A stretch of 35,702 nucleotides of DNA from Guillardia theta CCMP2712 (taxonomy: Eukaryota; Protista; Cryptophyta), in assembly GCF_000315625.1 (NCBI RefSeq), contig NW_005434581.1, forward strand, positions 1 through 35,702, written 5' to 3'. The notes below the pieces were generated by a model, which was not told the origin of the DNA, did not search any database, and saw only the letters and a program-made list of their open reading frames with translations. Both the position numbers and the translations under genes were made by a program. Positions 33,577 through 35,702 of the stretch are shown here, in pieces; positions within the stretch are counted from its first letter, which is position 1, and every line of letters starts with the position of its first letter.

Positions 33577-34956
33577 ATGCTGGGCCTTCGTAGGGCAGGA
33601 GTGCGGCAGCGAGGACGACGGCTGCTGCCGCTGACGATGCCGCTCTGCATGCTCCTCGTCTTGCTCTGGACTCTCTTGGCTCCCTCCGTGAAGCTGAACC
33701 CCGTCGAGTTGTATGCTCCTGACGCTGGTGCTCTCGTGACCTCCCAGCCAGCTGGAGGCGTGGAACCTGCGGGCACGACGTCGCTCACAAACTCTTCTGA
33801 TGTGCAGGCGCGCCCCAAGACGAGTGGCACTGAGGAAGACAAGAATGTCTTGGTGGAGAAGAGGGAAAGAAGTGCTTCGACGAACAAGCTTGTTGCACGC
33901 GACTCTGAGATCCCTTCCCCTGTCCTTCTGCCTGTTAATCATACCATGTGCAAGTACAGCAGCGAAGCTTCCGAGGCCCTGTGGTCGAAGCAGGACTCGG
34001 ACGAGTTTCAGAAGATGTTGTGGTCGTGGCAGCATCCTCGTGACTGCTCTTCCAAGCAGCTCTACGTGTACGACCAAGAGTTCGGCATGGGGCTGGGCTC
34101 TTCCATGCATATCAGGGCCCACAACTTCGCCATGGCGCTGCAGCTGGGAAGAGTCTTTGTCCACGCACCCGATCTCAAGTGGGAGTATGCTACCAGAAAC
34201 ACAAAGTTCTGCACAGAAGCGACAGCTGATTGCTACTTCTTGCCCGTGAGCACCTGCTCCGCCCCCGCAAACTACCGCGAGACGGCGGAGGAGATCAATG
34301 GCAAGGCAGACGGAGCGTCAAACAGGACGCTGGTGAGAGGACACGGCAACAGCCACAAGCTCCTCCTGTGGCACAACTTCGTGTTGGACCCTCCTCAGTT
34401 TCACGGGCGCTTTCGGGGGAAGACGCACCGGTGGTGGATGTCGCAGATTGTGAGGTACCTGATGCGACCAAACGAGAGGTGCTTGGAGGAGTACATCAAC
34501 CCGGCGCTTGCAAGCATCTTCCCGCAGGGAGTCCCTCCTAACATCGCCTCCATCTTCGTGCGGCACGGGGACAAGCACTACGAGGCCAAGAGGAGGAGCG
34601 TGGAGGAGTACTTCGACAGGCTGGCGAATCTCGATATCAAGGATGTGTACGTGGGCTCGGACAGCGCCTCCGTCATTGCACATGCCAAGTCAAAGTACGG
34701 GAGCCGATATCGGCTCTATCACCTTCCCATGGCTCGAACCCCCGACGGTTTCAGGCTGGTGGATTTCAGGCAGCACAAGAACGCGGGGATAGAGGGGCAG
34801 CACCTTGCCGAACTCTTTCTGTCCATCCAGGCGGCGGTGGCGGTGGGAACCTTCTCTAGCAACTGGTGTAGACTTGTGCACGAGCTGCACGATCAGGACG
34901 GGCATGCAGCATGTGCGTACATCTCCTTGGACGAGTGGGGTGAGACAGATAGGTAG
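33577..34956 (+). CDS. GT23 (FUT8/NodZ-like) alpha-1,6-fucosyltransferase family protein, type II membrane, intronless, 459 aa
   Basis: N-terminal TM LLPLTMPLCMLLVLLWTLLA, WSWQHPRDCSSK, GMGLGSSMH, motif I FVRHGDKHYEA, motif II VYVGSDS and motif III VGTFSSNWCRLVHEL. Confidence 0.85.
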   Translation: MLGLRRAGVRQRGRRLLPLTMPLCMLLVLLWTLLAPSVKLNPVELYAPDAGALVTSQPAGGVEPAGTTSLTNSSDVQARPKTSGTEEDKNVLVEKRERSASTNKLVARDSEIPSPVLLPVNHTMCKYSSEASEALWSKQDSDEFQKMLWSWQHPRDCSSKQLYVYDQEFGMGLGSSMHIRAHNFAMALQLGRVFVHAPDLKWEYATRNTKFCTEATADCYFLPVSTCSAPANYRETAEEINGKADGASNRTLVRGHGNSHKLLLWHNFVLDPPQFHGRFRGKTHRWWMSQIVRYLMRPNERCLEEYINPALASIFPQGVPPNIASIFVRHGDKHYEAKRRSVEEYFDRLANLDIKDVYVGSDSASVIAHAKSKYGSRYRLYHLPMARTPDGFRLVDFRQHKNAGIEGQHLAELFLSIQAAVAVGTFSSNWCRLVHELHDQDGHAACAYISLDEWGETDR

Positions 34957-35094
34957 CGTGACATGCGTGCGGACAAATTAACACGTTTGCGACGGTGTAG
35001 GGAAGAATGAGATACCAAAAGAATAACATAGAGATCTGTGGCAATATGTGACAACATAGGATGAAACAAATTTATTCATTTCAATCGCAACCAA

Positions 35095-35702
35095 TCATCC
35101 ACTCCCCTTCCTTAGCTTCAGACCGTCCAATGATTGTTTCCAGTCCTCCTCATCCTCCTACCGCTACATCAGACAAGCCTCAAGAGTGAAGGAAGTCTCT
35201 TACCTCGTCAAAGAGCGCGCTCTTCTTCTCTTTCCCCGCTGCCCGAGAGGCTTGTGCGCGTCGTTCTAGTTCGCTGCTACTCCATCAAACAACTCTCAAG
35301 TCAGCCGCCTCACTCTCCTCTCACCTGCTCACTTGCTGGTCTCCTCCACCACAGAGACTTTCGATATCTTGGTCGTCAACATGCAAGAGACTCTCGTCCA
35401 GGTCCTCATAGTCCCCGAGCTCCTCCTTCACGTTGACCCTCTCCGAAGCTGCTCTGAGGAACAGCACAGCGTCACAATCTCAGTCGACGACTGAGGCCGC
35501 AGGGAAGGGAGGACAGGCAAGTGCATCAGGTATCGGTTCTTTTCACAGCATGGGGCCGCTAGCGGGCGGGCCAGCGGAGGTTCCCAGCTACTCCAAAGGT
35601 GTCCTAAGGAAGTGTAGTCCTCATCCGCACTGTGGTGGTGGAGGTGGTGGTGGATGGATGGATGGAGGAGGAGGCTACAAAACGTCCGCCGATTGGGCTG
35701 TG
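35095..35702 (-). CDS. 3' exons of a hypothetical acidic protein, probably running off the window end
   Basis: Minus-strand exon-like segments (ERVNVKEELGDYEDLDESLLHVDDQDIESL, SELERRAQASRAAGKEKKSALFDE, EDEEDWKQSLDGLKLRKGSG*) separated by GT-AG intron candidates. No family recognised. Confidence 0.4.

Overview
Eukaryotic nuclear DNA, not prokaryotic: it is gene-dense, with many short (~45-60 nt) GT-AG introns and polypurine/polypyrimidine tracts. Intron style and an RWP-RK gene cluster suggest a cryptophyte-like alga (inference). I spliced the genes by hand: an intronless RING-H2 E3 ligase (+), acetyl-CoA synthetase (+, ~24 introns), dapB (-, 11 introns), a multi-EF-hand protein (+), a ~1369-aa multidomain protein (+), homoserine kinase thrB (+), three RWP-RK transcription factors, and an intronless GT23/FUT8-like fucosyltransferase (+). 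The window also holds a 1.1-kb minisatellite open in four frames and two decayed fragments of an RLE-type non-LTR retrotransposon. The best candidate for a new system is the 1369-aa protein. It fuses an MLKL-NTD/MCAfunc-like helical domain to an EF-hand pair, glycine-rich GxxG tracts and a large C-terminal domain, and lies near a gene with closely related EF-hand pairs. Intergenic DNA is stereotyped: GC-rich CCGG/GAGTC islands, a conserved ~40-bp motif (7 full or partial copies) and blocks rich in G-tracts. All family assignments come from motif recognition, without database searches.
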